Origin: an uncultured Acidobacteriota bacterium
GTDB taxonomy: Bacteria > Acidobacteriota > Vicinamibacteria > Fen-336
Reading direction: 5' to 3'
DNA: 64,000 bases
Assembly: GCA_964561785.1 (NCBI GenBank)
Contig: CAZLRF010000029.1
Coordinates: forward strand, 1 to 64,000
Shown piece after piece: positions 40,212 to 49,796 of this stretch. Position 1 is the stretch's first letter, and each line of letters opens with the position of its first letter. A program made the position numbers and the translations under genes. A model generated the notes under the pieces. It saw nothing but the letters and a program-made list of their open reading frames with translations, was not told the DNA's origin and ran no database searches.

Positions 40212-41729
40212 TCACCTCCCCCGCAGCTGGGCGACCGTGCCGTCGACGCCCGGGGGCGGCTGCTCGTCGGCGAAGCGGTCGTCGTCCTCGAGCTCGGCCC
40301 GCAGCCGCGCGAGCGTCGCCTGGAGCTCGGCCGTCACCTTCTCCTGCCCCGGCTGGCCGTAGAGGTTGACGAGCTCCGCGGGGTCGGAGCGCAGGTCGAA
40401 CAGCTCCCACTGGCCCTTCTTCCAGAAGTGGATGAGCTTGTGCGTCGTGGTGCGGACGCCGTAGTGGGCGCGGGTGTCGTGGTGGCCGGGGTCGTGGTAG
40501 TAGCGGTAGTACATCGCCGTCCGCCAGTCGGCGGGCGTTCTCCCCCGCAGGACGGGCACGAGGCTCCGGCCCTGCATCGACGCGGGCACCGCCACGCCCG
40601 CCGCCTCGAGGAACGTCGGGGCGAAGTCGAGGTTCGTGGCCATCGCGGCGGCCTCCGAGCCGGGTCGGACGACGCCCGGCCACCGCACGAGGAGCGGCGT
40701 GCGCAGGCTCTGCTCGTACATGAAGCGCTTGTCGTACATCCCGTGGTCGCCGAGGAAGAAGCCCTGGTCCGAGGTGTAGACGACGATCGTCGTGTCCTCG
40801 AGGCCGTCTTCCTTCAGGACGTCGAGGAACCGGCCCAGGTTGTCGTCGACCGACTGCACGCAGGCGAGGTAGTCCTGCATGTAGCGCTGGTACTTCCACC
40901 TCGCGAGCGCGCGGCCGGCGAGGGTGGTCGTCTCGCCGTCCCGGCTCAGCGTGACCTCGGTCGGCTTCACGGAGAGCCACGCCTCGCGCTCTCTCCCCTC
41001 GAGCCCGGGCGGCGGCACGAGCTTGAGGTCCCGCCGGGTCAGGTCGTCGGCCACGCGCTGCCGGTTCTCCCGCAGCGCGTCGGTGCGGGTCGCGTAGTCG
41101 TCCCACAGCGTCGGCGGCTCGGGGATCGTGCGCCCGGCGAACATCCTCCGGTGCTTCTCGTCGGGCGTCCACTCCCGGTGGGGCGCCTTGTGGTGGAGCA
41201 TCAGGAAGAACGGCCGGTCCCGCGGGCGCTCGCGGAGGAACTCGATCCCGAGGTCGGTGATGACGTCGGTCGCGTAGCCGGGGTAGGTCTTCTCGCCGGT
41301 CGCGGTGTAGAGGACGGGGTCGACGTAGACCCCCTGCCCCGGAAGGATCTCCCAGCGGTCGAAGCCCGTGGGGTCGCTCCCGAGGTGCCACTTGCCGATC
41401 ATCCCGGTGTGGTACCCCGCGGCCTGAAGCAGCTTCGCCACCGTCGTCTGCGAGCCGTCGAAGCGGTTGAAGACCGGCACGCCGTTCTTGTGCGAGTACA
41501 GGCCGGTCAGGATCACCGCGCGGCTGGGCGTGCAGATCGAGTTGGTGACGAACGCGTTGCGGAAGAGCATCCCCTCCCGGGCGAGCCGGTCGAGCTGCGG
41601 CGTCTCGTTCACCCGCGAGCCGTAAGCGGAGATGGCGTGCGCGGCGTGGTCGTCCGTCATGACGAAGACGATGTTCGGGCGCGGGGCGGGGGCGGCGGCC
41701 AGGATCGCGGCGGCGAGCGCGCAGAGCAT
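40212..41729 (-). CDS. Sulfatase (formylglycine-dependent family)
   Basis: PNIVFVMTDD, CTPSR, GKWHLG, HKAPH, SDQG, GDHG, DKR. Confidence 0.93.
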   Translation of the reverse strand: MLCALAAAILAAAPAPRPNIVFVMTDDHAAHAISAYGSRVNETPQLDRLAREGMLFRNAFVTNSICTPSRAVILTGLYSHKNGVPVFNRFDGSQTTVAKLLQAAGYHTGMIGKWHLGSDPTGFDRWEILPGQGVYVDPVLYTATGEKTYPGYATDVITDLGIEFLRERPRDRPFFLMLHHKAPHREWTPDEKHRRMFAGRTIPEPPTLWDDYATRTDALRENRQRVADDLTRRDLKLVPPPGLEGREREAWLSVKPTEVTLSRDGETTTLAGRALARWKYQRYMQDYLACVQSVDDNLGRFLDVLKEDGLEDTTIVVYTSDQGFFLGDHGMYDKRFMYEQSLRTPLLVRWPGVVRPGSEAAAMATNLDFAPTFLEAAGVAVPASMQGRSLVPVLRGRTPADWRTAMYYRYYHDPGHHDTRAHYGVRTTTHKLIHFWKKGQWELFDLRSDPAELVNLYGQPGQEKVTAELQATLARLRAELEDDDRFADEQPPPGVDGTVAQLRGR

Positions 41730-41762
41730 GGCCGGGAGTCTAACGCGTTATCCTAGGCCCCG

Positions 41763-42617
41763 ATGCCCGCCTCCTCGCCGGACGCCCCCCGCCTTCTCAT
41801 GGTCGCCCCCGACCCCTCCTTCGTCGAGGCCCTCCAGGCCGAGCCCGGGATGGCGCTCGTCGAGATGGACGCCGCGGCGGGCGGCGCCGACGCCCTGCGG
41901 CTCCTGCGGGCGTGGCCCTACGACGCGATCTTCACCTCCCCGGCGAGCCCGATCCGGGAGGACCTCGCCCTCGTCGAGCAGATGCAGCTCGTCCGCCCGG
42001 GGGCGAAGGCCTTCGTCCTCGCCCCGCACGCCGCGCCCGAGGAGGTCATCGCCACCCTGAAGGCCCACGCGTTCGCCTGCTTCGTGGCCCCGTGGGAGAT
42101 GGCCGAGGTGGCCGAGATGGTGCGCCGCGCCGTCCGGGAGCCGGGGTGGCGGGACGGCCTCCAGGTTCTCTCCGCCCGCCCCGACTGGCTGTCGCTGCGC
42201 GTCGACTGCCGCCGGCTCGCCGCGGAGAGGCTTCTCCACTTTCTCGGGGAGCTCGCCCGCGACGTGCCGGACGTGACGCGGGACGACCTCCTGACCGCCT
42301 TCCGCGAGATCGTTCTGAACGCGATGGAGCACGGGGCGGGCTTCGCGCCCGACCAGGTGGTGGAGGTGACCGCGGTGCGCACGCGGCGGGCGATCGTGTA
42401 CTACGTGAAGGACCCCGGGCCCGGCTTCGACATCCGCGACCTGCCCCACGCGGCCATCGGGAACCCGCCCGAGGCGCCGCTCGCCCACGCCGCCCGCCGC
42501 GAGAGCCTCGGGCTGCGGCCCGGTGGCTTCGGCCTGCTCATCGCCCGCCGGGTGGTCGACGAGTTCCTCCACAGCGAGAAGGCGAACGAGGTCCTGCTGA
42601 TCAAGCACACGGCCTAG
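41763..42617 (+). CDS. Degenerate receiver domain + RsbW/SpoIIAB-like ATP-binding (HATPase_c_2) protein
   Basis: REIVLNAMEHG, VKDPGPGFD, RPGGFGLLIARRVVDE; the N-terminal REC-like part lacks the canonical Asp residues. Confidence 0.75.
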   Translation: MPASSPDAPRLLMVAPDPSFVEALQAEPGMALVEMDAAAGGADALRLLRAWPYDAIFTSPASPIREDLALVEQMQLVRPGAKAFVLAPHAAPEEVIATLKAHAFACFVAPWEMAEVAEMVRRAVREPGWRDGLQVLSARPDWLSLRVDCRRLAAERLLHFLGELARDVPDVTRDDLLTAFREIVLNAMEHGAGFAPDQVVEVTAVRTRRAIVYYVKDPGPGFDIRDLPHAAIGNPPEAPLAHAARRESLGLRPGGFGLLIARRVVDEFLHSEKANEVLLIKHTA

Positions 42618-42621
42618 GCCC

Positions 42622-43686
42622 TCAGGCCCGGACGAGCGAGGCGCCCCAGGTCATCCCCGCCCCGAAGGCCACCATCAGCACGAGGTCGCCCGGCCGCAGG
42701 CGCCCGTCGCGGACGCACTCGTCCCACAGGAGCGGGATCGTGGCCGCGGTGGTGTTGCCGTACTTGTGGATGTTGTGGGGGACCTGGTCCTCGCGCAGGG
42801 CGAGCGCCTTCGCGCAGTACTCGTTGATCCGCTTGTTGGCCTGGTGCATCAGGACGAGGCGGAGGTCGCCGGGGGCGACGCCGTTTCTCAGCATCACGGA
42901 GCGCGCGACGTCGACCATGCTCGTGGTCGCCATCTTGAAGACGTGGCGGCCGTCCATCACCGGGATGTGGTCCCCGCGGCGGAACTGCTCGGGGTCGGTG
43001 TAGGGCCGGTGCTTGAAGCCCGTGCCCGGCACGTAGAGCTTCTCGTAGTCCGCCCCCGACCCGTGCAGCTCGTGGTCGAGGACGCCCCGCTCGCCGTCCG
43101 GCGCCGCCTTGAGGACCACCGCGGACCCCGCGTCCCCGAAGAGCACGACGAGGTGGCGGAAGCGCGAGTTCCAGTCCCACTCCTCCTTCGTGGGCGGCAC
43201 CTCGGACTCCCCGAGCGCGTAGGCGTAGTTCTCCTTCGTCCACGGCATGAAGCCGATGTGCACCTCGGCCCCGACGAGAAGGACGGTCCTGGCGAGGCCG
43301 GCGCGGACGTGGGCGTCCGCGAGCTGCAGCCCGTAGAGGAAGCCCGAGCACTGCTGGCGGATGTCGAAGCAAGGCACGCTGCGCAGGCCGAGCTTGTGCT
43401 GGAGGATCGTCCCGCAGCCGGGGAAGTAGTGGTCGGGGGTCATGGTCGCGAAGACCACGAGGTCGACCTCCTCGCGGGCCACCCCGGCCGCCTCGAGGGC
43501 CTTCGCCGCCGCCGCCGCCCCCAGGTCGGAGGTGGCGACGTCCGGGGTCGCGAAGTGGCGCTCTTCGACCCCGCTGCGCTCCCGGATCCACTCGTCGCTC
43601 GTGTCCAGGATCCGGGCCATCTGGACGTTGGTGACCCTCGTGGGCGCGATCTCGCTCCCGCTTCCGACGATGACCGCCCTCGTCAT
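42622..43686 (-). CDS. Beta-ketoacyl-ACP synthase III (FabH-like)
   Basis: QQCSG (Cys), HQAN (His), YGNT (Asn), FGDAG, GAGMTWG. Confidence 0.9.
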   Translation of the reverse strand: MTRAVIVGSGSEIAPTRVTNVQMARILDTSDEWIRERSGVEERHFATPDVATSDLGAAAAAKALEAAGVAREEVDLVVFATMTPDHYFPGCGTILQHKLGLRSVPCFDIRQQCSGFLYGLQLADAHVRAGLARTVLLVGAEVHIGFMPWTKENYAYALGESEVPPTKEEWDWNSRFRHLVVLFGDAGSAVVLKAAPDGERGVLDHELHGSGADYEKLYVPGTGFKHRPYTDPEQFRRGDHIPVMDGRHVFKMATTSMVDVARSVMLRNGVAPGDLRLVLMHQANKRINEYCAKALALREDQVPHNIHKYGNTTAATIPLLWDECVRDGRLRPGDLVLMVAFGAGMTWGASLVRA

Positions 43687-43808
43687 GAGGCCTCCTCGGG
43701 GCGCGCCCGCTCACCGGCGGCGCCCGCGGGGGCGATGATACCCTCGCTCTCCCCCGCCCCATGGGTCGCCTTGCCGCCGGGGCGCGGGCGTGGACAATAG
43801 GACCGCCG

Positions 43809-45545
43809 ATGCTGACGGACATCGCCCGCAGCCCGATCGCCGACGCCGTCCGCCGGCTCTCCGCCGAGCGGCGCAGCGGCGATCTGCAGGTGCGCTCCGG
43901 CCGGATGGTGAAGATCGCCTTCTTCGACCACGGGCGGATCGTCTTCGCCGCGAGCAACCTGCGCCGCGACCGCCTCGGCGAGGCGCTCGTGGCCGACGGC
44001 CGGATCACGCAGCAGGACTTCGACCGCGTCTCCGCCCTCATGCGTGCGGACCGGGGCCGGCGCTTCGGGGAGGCGCTCGTCCGGGCCGGGGTCATGGACC
44101 GCTACGAGGTCGGCACCGCAGTCGCCCGCCAGGTCCGCCGGGTCGCGCTCTCGCTGTTCGAGCTCGCGGACGGGGCGGCGGTCTTCGAGGAGCGGGCCTG
44201 CTCGATCCCCCTCGAGTACATGGTGAGCCTCTCCGTCCACCGCCTCCTGTACGACGGGATCCGGGCGATGAAGAACGAGGAGCTCGTGCTGAAGGGGCTC
44301 GGGAATCTCGACCGCGGGGTGGTGCTGGCCGAGGTGCCGCCGTTCCCCTACGAGCCGCGCGGCCGCTCCACCGAGGAGCTCGAGATCCTCGACCTCGCCC
44401 AGCGCCGGGTCACCGTGCGCCGGCTGGGCTGGGGCGAAGGCGGTCTCGCCTTTCCCCGGCTGCGGGCGGTCTACGCGCTGCTCTCGGCCGGGATCCTGCG
44501 AGAGGCGGACGCCCCCGCCTCCGCCCCCCAGCCGGTCGTCCAGACCGAGACCGGGATGTTCCTCCTCTCCGCCCTGCACGCCCGGCCCGACCCCTCGCTG
44601 CGGGACGCGATCCGCCGGGAGGTCCAGCAGGAGCTTCAGCACTCGGCCCGCCTCGACCGCGACGCCTGGCTGAAGCTGGCCCGCGCGGCCCCGCGCGACG
44701 AGCTCGTGCGGGCGCTCGAGGAGAAGATGGAGCGCTACCACGCGCTGCGCGACGGCGTCGCCGAGGACGACCCGCTGCGCACCGACATCGACGTGGTTCT
44801 CGGGCGCGCGTCGTCGGCCCTGCGCCTCGCCCGCCAGGCCCCCGAGACCGCGAGCGCCGAAGCGGTGCTCGCGCGGCACGCGGCGGAGGCGGCCGCGGCC
44901 CTGCGGGTGGCCGCGACCCCTCCCGTTCCCGCGCCGGCACCGCCTCGCCCCCCCGGGCCCGCGGCCGTCGCGGCCCCCCCGGTCGCCCCTCCCGCGGATG
45001 CGGCCCCCGCGCCGGCCTCGCCCGCGCCGCCGGACGAGACCCATCCCCCCGCCCGGGGCCCGCGGGCCGGCGACCTCACGCGGCCTCCGCTCGGCCGGCC
45101 CGACGACTCGCTCCAGGCGGCCCCGCCGGGCTCGAGCGCCTTCGAGGGCCAGGCCCAGATCGAGCACCTGCTCATGGAGGGGGAGGTCCGCATGACGGTC
45201 GCGGACTACGCGAACGCGGTGAAGGTCTACGACAAGCTGGTGAACATCGCGCCCCGGGTGGCCGCCTTCCACCTCCGGCTCGCCGTGGCCATGGCCTGCT
45301 ACCCGCGCACCTCGAAGCTCGCCGAGCGCGAGTTCTACGAGGCCGCGCGGCTCGAGCCCGAGAACGCCGAGATCCATTACCAGTGGGGGCTCTACTACAA
45401 GGTCATGAAGATCAAGAGCCGCGCGATCGCGGAGATGCGCACGGCGGTGCGCCTGAGCCCCAAGCACAAGGCCGCGCGCGCCGAGCTCGAGTCGATGTCC
45501 CCCAAGGACTCGGCCCTCAGCAGCCTGAAGAAGCTGTTCCGCTGA
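43809..45545 (+). CDS. DUF4388 (PatA-N-like) domain protein with Pro-rich linker and C-terminal TPR
   Basis: SGDLQV...FFDHGRIVFAASN..DRLGEALV; TPR-like helices at the C-terminus. Confidence 0.75.
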   Translation: MLTDIARSPIADAVRRLSAERRSGDLQVRSGRMVKIAFFDHGRIVFAASNLRRDRLGEALVADGRITQQDFDRVSALMRADRGRRFGEALVRAGVMDRYEVGTAVARQVRRVALSLFELADGAAVFEERACSIPLEYMVSLSVHRLLYDGIRAMKNEELVLKGLGNLDRGVVLAEVPPFPYEPRGRSTEELEILDLAQRRVTVRRLGWGEGGLAFPRLRAVYALLSAGILREADAPASAPQPVVQTETGMFLLSALHARPDPSLRDAIRREVQQELQHSARLDRDAWLKLARAAPRDELVRALEEKMERYHALRDGVAEDDPLRTDIDVVLGRASSALRLARQAPETASAEAVLARHAAEAAAALRVAATPPVPAPAPPRPPGPAAVAAPPVAPPADAAPAPASPAPPDETHPPARGPRAGDLTRPPLGRPDDSLQAAPPGSSAFEGQAQIEHLLMEGEVRMTVADYANAVKVYDKLVNIAPRVAAFHLRLAVAMACYPRTSKLAEREFYEAARLEPENAEIHYQWGLYYKVMKIKSRAIAEMRTAVRLSPKHKAARAELESMSPKDSALSSLKKLFR

Positions 45546-45593
45546 CCGGACGGTCTTCGTCGGGGCCTTCCAAGACGGACCACGGCCCTCCAA

Positions 45594-45614
45594 AACGGAC
45601 AACGGACAACGGAC
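45594..45614. repeat. Heptamer tandem repeat (AACGGAC)x3 followed by a partial unit
   Basis: Directly visible in the convergent intergenic region. Confidence 0.8.
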
Positions 45615-45625
45615 AACGGCAACTC

Positions 45626-45651
45626 CCGCGGGAGCCTGGCGGCTCCCGCGG
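45626..45651 (-). terminator. Terminator-like hairpin after the acyltransferase gene
   Basis: CCGCGGGAGCC-TGGC-GGCTCCCGCGG perfect 11-bp stem followed on minus by a U-rich repeat. Confidence 0.55.
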
Positions 45652-45656
45652 TGGCG

Positions 45657-46775
45657 TCACCACGGCCGCACCAGGAACTCGTACAGGAACGTCACCGTCG
45701 CGAACACGAGCAGCAGCTGCGCCTCGTGGGGGGCGCGCTGCTTCGCCGAGCGCCAGAGCCAGGCCGCGCCGAGGAGCACGGGCAGCATGAGGGCGAGGGC
45801 GAGGAGCGCCCCGCCGAGCCCCGTCACGTGGTGCCAGCGGGCGAGGGGCGAGGGGCCGAAGACGCCCCCGAAGAGCAGGTGGAGGTGCAGCACGTAGACG
45901 AGGAGCGTCTCGTGGCCGAGGAGGGCGAGGGCCCGGATGCCGGGCAGCGCCGCGTCCGCGGCCGCCTCGACCGTCCGCAGGAGGAGCAGCAGGCCGCCGA
46001 GGCGGACGACGGCGTACGCCGGCGACGCGCCCCAGAAGTCCACCCGACCCGCGAGGAGGAGGGCGAGGAGCGCCCCGAGGGCGACGAGCCCCATGCCCCA
46101 CGCCAGCTCCCGACGGTGCCGCCTCCCCGGCTCGCTCCGGCCGATCGCCGCGCCGACGAGGGTGCCCGCGAGCACGAAGGCGGAGAACGGGAACAGTGGG
46201 AAGCGCGAGCCCGTGCCCGGGTCGAGCCACGGGGCCGCGGCCTCGGGCAGCCGGGCGGACGCTCCGGAGGACCACACGAACGGCGTCGCCGCCACGACCA
46301 GCGCGGCGAGCCCGGCCGCCCATCGCGTCCAGTGCCGCCCGGCCGCCCACTGCAGGGCGAGGACGACGAGCTGCGTGAGCGCGATGACCTGCAGCGCGTT
46401 GCACGCGAACAGGGCCGCCCGCTCCGCCGGGGTCGCGGCGGCGAGGGTCTTCCACAGCGAGAAGTAGGGCAGCTGCAGGAAGTAGCCGACGCCGAGCACG
46501 AACAGCAGGCGCCGCGCGCGGCGCAGGCTCGCGCGCAGCGACAGCGGCGCGCGGGGCAGCCCGGCCACGAAGCCCGAGGCGAAGAGGAAGCCCGGGGCGG
46601 TCGATCCGTGGAAGGCCTGCTGGAAGACGTACCAGGGCGCGTGCGTCGCCTCCGCGGTGAGGAGGGTGTCGGTGACGTGGCCCTGGACCATCACGAGGGC
46701 CATCAGCCCCCGGAAGACGTCGATGTAGACCTCCCGGCGCGGGCTCGAGGGAGACTGCGGCGCCGCCCCGGACAT
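45657..46775 (-). CDS. Membrane acyltransferase, HGSNAT/DUF1624-like
   Basis: YIDVFRGLMALVMVQGH, APGFLFASG, many TM segments, LGHETLLVYVLH. Confidence 0.78.
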   Translation of the reverse strand: MSGAAPQSPSSPRREVYIDVFRGLMALVMVQGHVTDTLLTAEATHAPWYVFQQAFHGSTAPGFLFASGFVAGLPRAPLSLRASLRRARRLLFVLGVGYFLQLPYFSLWKTLAAATPAERAALFACNALQVIALTQLVVLALQWAAGRHWTRWAAGLAALVVAATPFVWSSGASARLPEAAAPWLDPGTGSRFPLFPFSAFVLAGTLVGAAIGRSEPGRRHRRELAWGMGLVALGALLALLLAGRVDFWGASPAYAVVRLGGLLLLLRTVEAAADAALPGIRALALLGHETLLVYVLHLHLLFGGVFGPSPLARWHHVTGLGGALLALALMLPVLLGAAWLWRSAKQRAPHEAQLLLVFATVTFLYEFLVRPW

Positions 46776-46780
46776 GGCGC

Positions 46781-48073
46781 CTAGACCCAGCTCGGGAACC
46801 AGGTCCACAGCCCGCCCGCGCCGGGGAAGCGGAAGCCCCACAGGGACAGGGGCACCGGCAGCCCGACGAGGAACGGCAGGAAGAGCAGGAACAGCGCGGC
46901 GGCGAGCGACACGTAGCCGCGGGGGAGGAGGGGGCGCCGGCCGTCCCACGCGCGGTCGAGGAGGATCCCGAGCGACAGGCAGGCGTACGGGATCGCCTCG
47001 AACAGGTAGTGGCTGAAGTTGAGCGTGCGCGGGGAGAGCCCCCACGGGAGGTACAGGAAGAAGAACCCCGCGCCGGCGAGGACGCGACGGGGGTCGCGCC
47101 AGCGCACGCCCGTCGCCGCCGCCCAGGCCGCCGCCGGGACCGACGCCCACCAGATCGCGGGGTTGCCGAGGGCCACGATGCCCCGCACCCAGCCCTCGCC
47201 CGACCACCAGAAGTACCAGGTCGGACGGTAGAGCCAGGGCCAGGTCCACCAGGGGCTGTAGTAGGTGTGCCCCGCGCTGAGGTTCGCGTGGTAGCCCCAG
47301 ATGTCGCGCTGCATGAGGACGGCCTCTTTCACCCGTCCCGCCCAGCCCGAGAGCCCCTGCGGGTGCGCCTGCTGCATCCACGGGACGTAGCTGAGGAGGT
47401 ACACGGCGGCGGGGACCGCGGCGAAGGCGAAGCCGGCGAGGACGAGCTCGCGCGGCGCGAAGGCGCGCGCGCGCCGGCGGGCGAGGAAGACGAGGCCGAG
47501 GAAGCCCCACGCCCACAGGCTCGTCCACCGCGTGCTGAGCGCGAGGCCGAGGGCGAGCCCGAGCCCAGCCATCCGCCCGAGCGAGAGCCGGCGCTCGTCC
47601 GTCGCCCGCAGCAGCGCGAGCGCCGAGAGCAGCTGGAAGAGCACCGCGAAGACGTTGGTCATCGCCACGCGGCTCTGCACGAGGTAGACGCCGTCGAGCA
47701 GGAGCAGGAGCGTCGCGAGGAGCGCGGCCCGCTCGGTGGCGAGGACGCGGCGGGCGAGGAGGAAGAAGACCCCGGCGAGGAGCGTGCCGGCGAGGGCGGG
47801 CACGAGCCGCCACGCCCACGGCTCGTATCCGAAGAGGGCGACCCCGACCGCGATCAGCAGCTTCGCGGTCGGCGGGTGGACCCACTCGGTGGGGGGCTCC
47901 CCCCTCAGGTACTGCAGCGCCGTCTTCGCGTGGTAGATCTCGTCGAAGTACTCCTCCGCCGGGAAGCCGAGGCCGGGGAGGCGGAACAGCGCGGCGGCGA
48001 GGAAGATCCCCGCGAGGAGGAGCCGGGTGCGACGGGGCTCGGGGGGGAGCCGCTCGAGGAGGCGGTCGAGCAC
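46781..48073 (-). CDS. Lipid-carrier-dependent glycosyltransferase, PMT (protein O-mannosyltransferase)-like
   Basis: YFDEIYH, VHPPTAK, WAWRL, SRVAM, HTYYSPWWTWP, IVALGNP, YLPW. Confidence 0.8.
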   Translation of the reverse strand: MLDRLLERLPPEPRRTRLLLAGIFLAAALFRLPGLGFPAEEYFDEIYHAKTALQYLRGEPPTEWVHPPTAKLLIAVGVALFGYEPWAWRLVPALAGTLLAGVFFLLARRVLATERAALLATLLLLLDGVYLVQSRVAMTNVFAVLFQLLSALALLRATDERRLSLGRMAGLGLALGLALSTRWTSLWAWGFLGLVFLARRRARAFAPRELVLAGFAFAAVPAAVYLLSYVPWMQQAHPQGLSGWAGRVKEAVLMQRDIWGYHANLSAGHTYYSPWWTWPWLYRPTWYFWWSGEGWVRGIVALGNPAIWWASVPAAAWAAATGVRWRDPRRVLAGAGFFFLYLPWGLSPRTLNFSHYLFEAIPYACLSLGILLDRAWDGRRPLLPRGYVSLAAALFLLFLPFLVGLPVPLSLWGFRFPGAGGLWTWFPSWV

Positions 48074-48078
48074 GGGCC

Positions 48079-48588
48079 TCAGCGGCCGGCCACGATGTCC
48101 TCGACGCCCGGGGCGCCGATCCGCCGCTCGACCGCGGCCTCGCCGAGCTTCGCCCAGCTCGACGAGCCGATCCGGACGTAGATCTCGACCCGCGGGTCGA
48201 CGAACCCCGGCGAGCGGAGCAGCTCCTCCGCCTCGGCCGCGGCGTGGTAGCGGCCCGCCGAGCGCACGGTGACCACGGCCTCCCGGCCCGGCTCGAGCGG
48301 CCGCTGCCACGTGCTCACCTGCTCCTGGATCGACCCCCAGGTCTCGTCCTGGCCGGGGGCGGGGAAGCGGGCGCGGGCCTGGACCGAGCCGAGGGTCTCT
48401 CGGCCCACGTTCTTCAGGCGAAAGCGCACCGCGGGCGCGATGAAGTTCTCACCCTGCTGCGGCGAGTCCACGATCCAGTAGGTCTCGATGCCGCTCACGG
48501 CGAGCTCCCGGGCGGGGTCGTGGCCCTGGCAGGCCGGGAGGGTGAGGAGAAGGCTCGCGGCGAGCGTGGCGCCGCGCGGGACAGGCAT
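48079..48588 (-). CDS. Hypothetical lipoprotein
   Basis: Lipobox-like LTLPAC; ATG 48588 lies 7 nt after TAGAAT; leads the PMT-acyltransferase operon. Confidence 0.65.
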   Translation of the reverse strand: MPVPRGATLAASLLLTLPACQGHDPARELAVSGIETYWIVDSPQQGENFIAPAVRFRLKNVGRETLGSVQARARFPAPGQDETWGSIQEQVSTWQRPLEPGREAVVTVRSAGRYHAAAEAEELLRSPGFVDPRVEIYVRIGSSSWAKLGEAAVERRIGAPGVEDIVAGR

Positions 48589-48598
48589 GACGCGCATT

Positions 48599-49786
48599 CT
48601 ACCGCGGCGCGGGCGGGCTGAGCGGGAGGGCGAGGCGGAAGCGGGCGCCCCGTCCGGGCGAGCTGTCGACGAGCTCCACCCGCCCGCCGTGGTCCTCCAC
48701 GAAGCGCCGGGCGACCGCGAGGCCGAGCCCCGTGCCCTGCTTCTTCCCGAGGGTGACGAAGGGCTCGAAGACCCGGTCCCGGATCTCGGGGGGGACGCCC
48801 GGCCCCTCGTCCTCGAGCTCGATCACGAGGTGCTCCGGGGGCCCGTCCGCCCCGGGCAGGGCCTCGACCCGGGCGGCGAAGGCGAGCCGGCCCCGGCCCC
48901 CCATCGCGTCGCGGGCGTTCGCGGCCACGTTGATCACCGCCCGGCGGACCTTGTCGACGTCGAGGGCGGCCCGGCGGCCCGCCGGGACGTCGAATTCGCG
49001 CTCCACCGAGAGCCCCGGCAGGTCGGCTTCGATGCTCGCCGCGAGGTCGGCGAGGAGCAGCGAGAGGGGCACCGCACGCAGGGCGAGCCGCTCCGCCCCC
49101 CGCGCGAAGTCGAGCGTCTCCCCGGTCATGCGCTCCAGCCGGTCGACCGCCTCGACGATCGCCCGCGCCCGCGCGGCCGTCTCCTCCGGGGGCAGGTTGC
49201 CTTCGAGGAGCGTCTCCGCCCAGCCCCGGATGAGCGTCATCGGCCCGCGCAGGTCGTGGACGAGCATCCCGGCCATCGTCCCGAGTGCGGCTAGCCGCTC
49301 GGAGGCGATGAGCTCTCTCTGGTAGAAGTGGTTCTCGACGGCGAGGGCGGCGCGCGCGGCGACGAGCGACACGAGGCGGGCCTCGGCCTCGGACACGGGC
49401 CGGTCGCGGCCGCCCGCCGGCCGCAGGACCAGCATCCCGGCGAGCCCGCTGCGGGCGAGCAGGGGCACCAGCATGCCTTCTTCCGCCCCGGGTGCGGTCT
49501 CGAGGAGCTGGCCGTCCGAGAGCAGCCAGCGCGTCTTCGGCCCGCCGGCGCCCGCGACCTCGGGGGCGAACGTGCGCAGGCGCCCGCCCTCGGCGAGGGC
49601 GAGGCCCTCGAAGCTCTCGAGCCGGCGGTCCCACAGGAGCAGCGTCGCCTGCTTCGCGCCGAGGGCTCGCGGGAGGTCCTCGGTGAGCAGCCGGGTCAGG
49701 GAGGGCAGGTCGGGGGCCTCGAGGACCCTCTCGGCGATGTGGCCGAGGGCCGAGCGGCGCCGGGAGCGGAGAGCGAACACGCGCAT
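48599..49786 (-). CDS. GAF-domain sensor histidine kinase
   Basis: GAF-like N-terminus; VHDLRGP H-box, NVAANA, EDEGPG, GTGLGL. Confidence 0.9.
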   Translation of the reverse strand: MRVFALRSRRRSALGHIAERVLEAPDLPSLTRLLTEDLPRALGAKQATLLLWDRRLESFEGLALAEGGRLRTFAPEVAGAGGPKTRWLLSDGQLLETAPGAEEGMLVPLLARSGLAGMLVLRPAGGRDRPVSEAEARLVSLVAARAALAVENHFYQRELIASERLAALGTMAGMLVHDLRGPMTLIRGWAETLLEGNLPPEETAARARAIVEAVDRLERMTGETLDFARGAERLALRAVPLSLLLADLAASIEADLPGLSVEREFDVPAGRRAALDVDKVRRAVINVAANARDAMGGRGRLAFAARVEALPGADGPPEHLVIELEDEGPGVPPEIRDRVFEPFVTLGKKQGTGLGLAVARRFVEDHGGRVELVDSSPGRGARFRLALPLSPPAPR

Positions 49787-49796
49787 CGCGGGAGGT

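Noticed and set aside
45594-45623. Short tandem repeat as a CRISPR remnant
   Set aside because: 7-nt units with no spacers and no cas genes.
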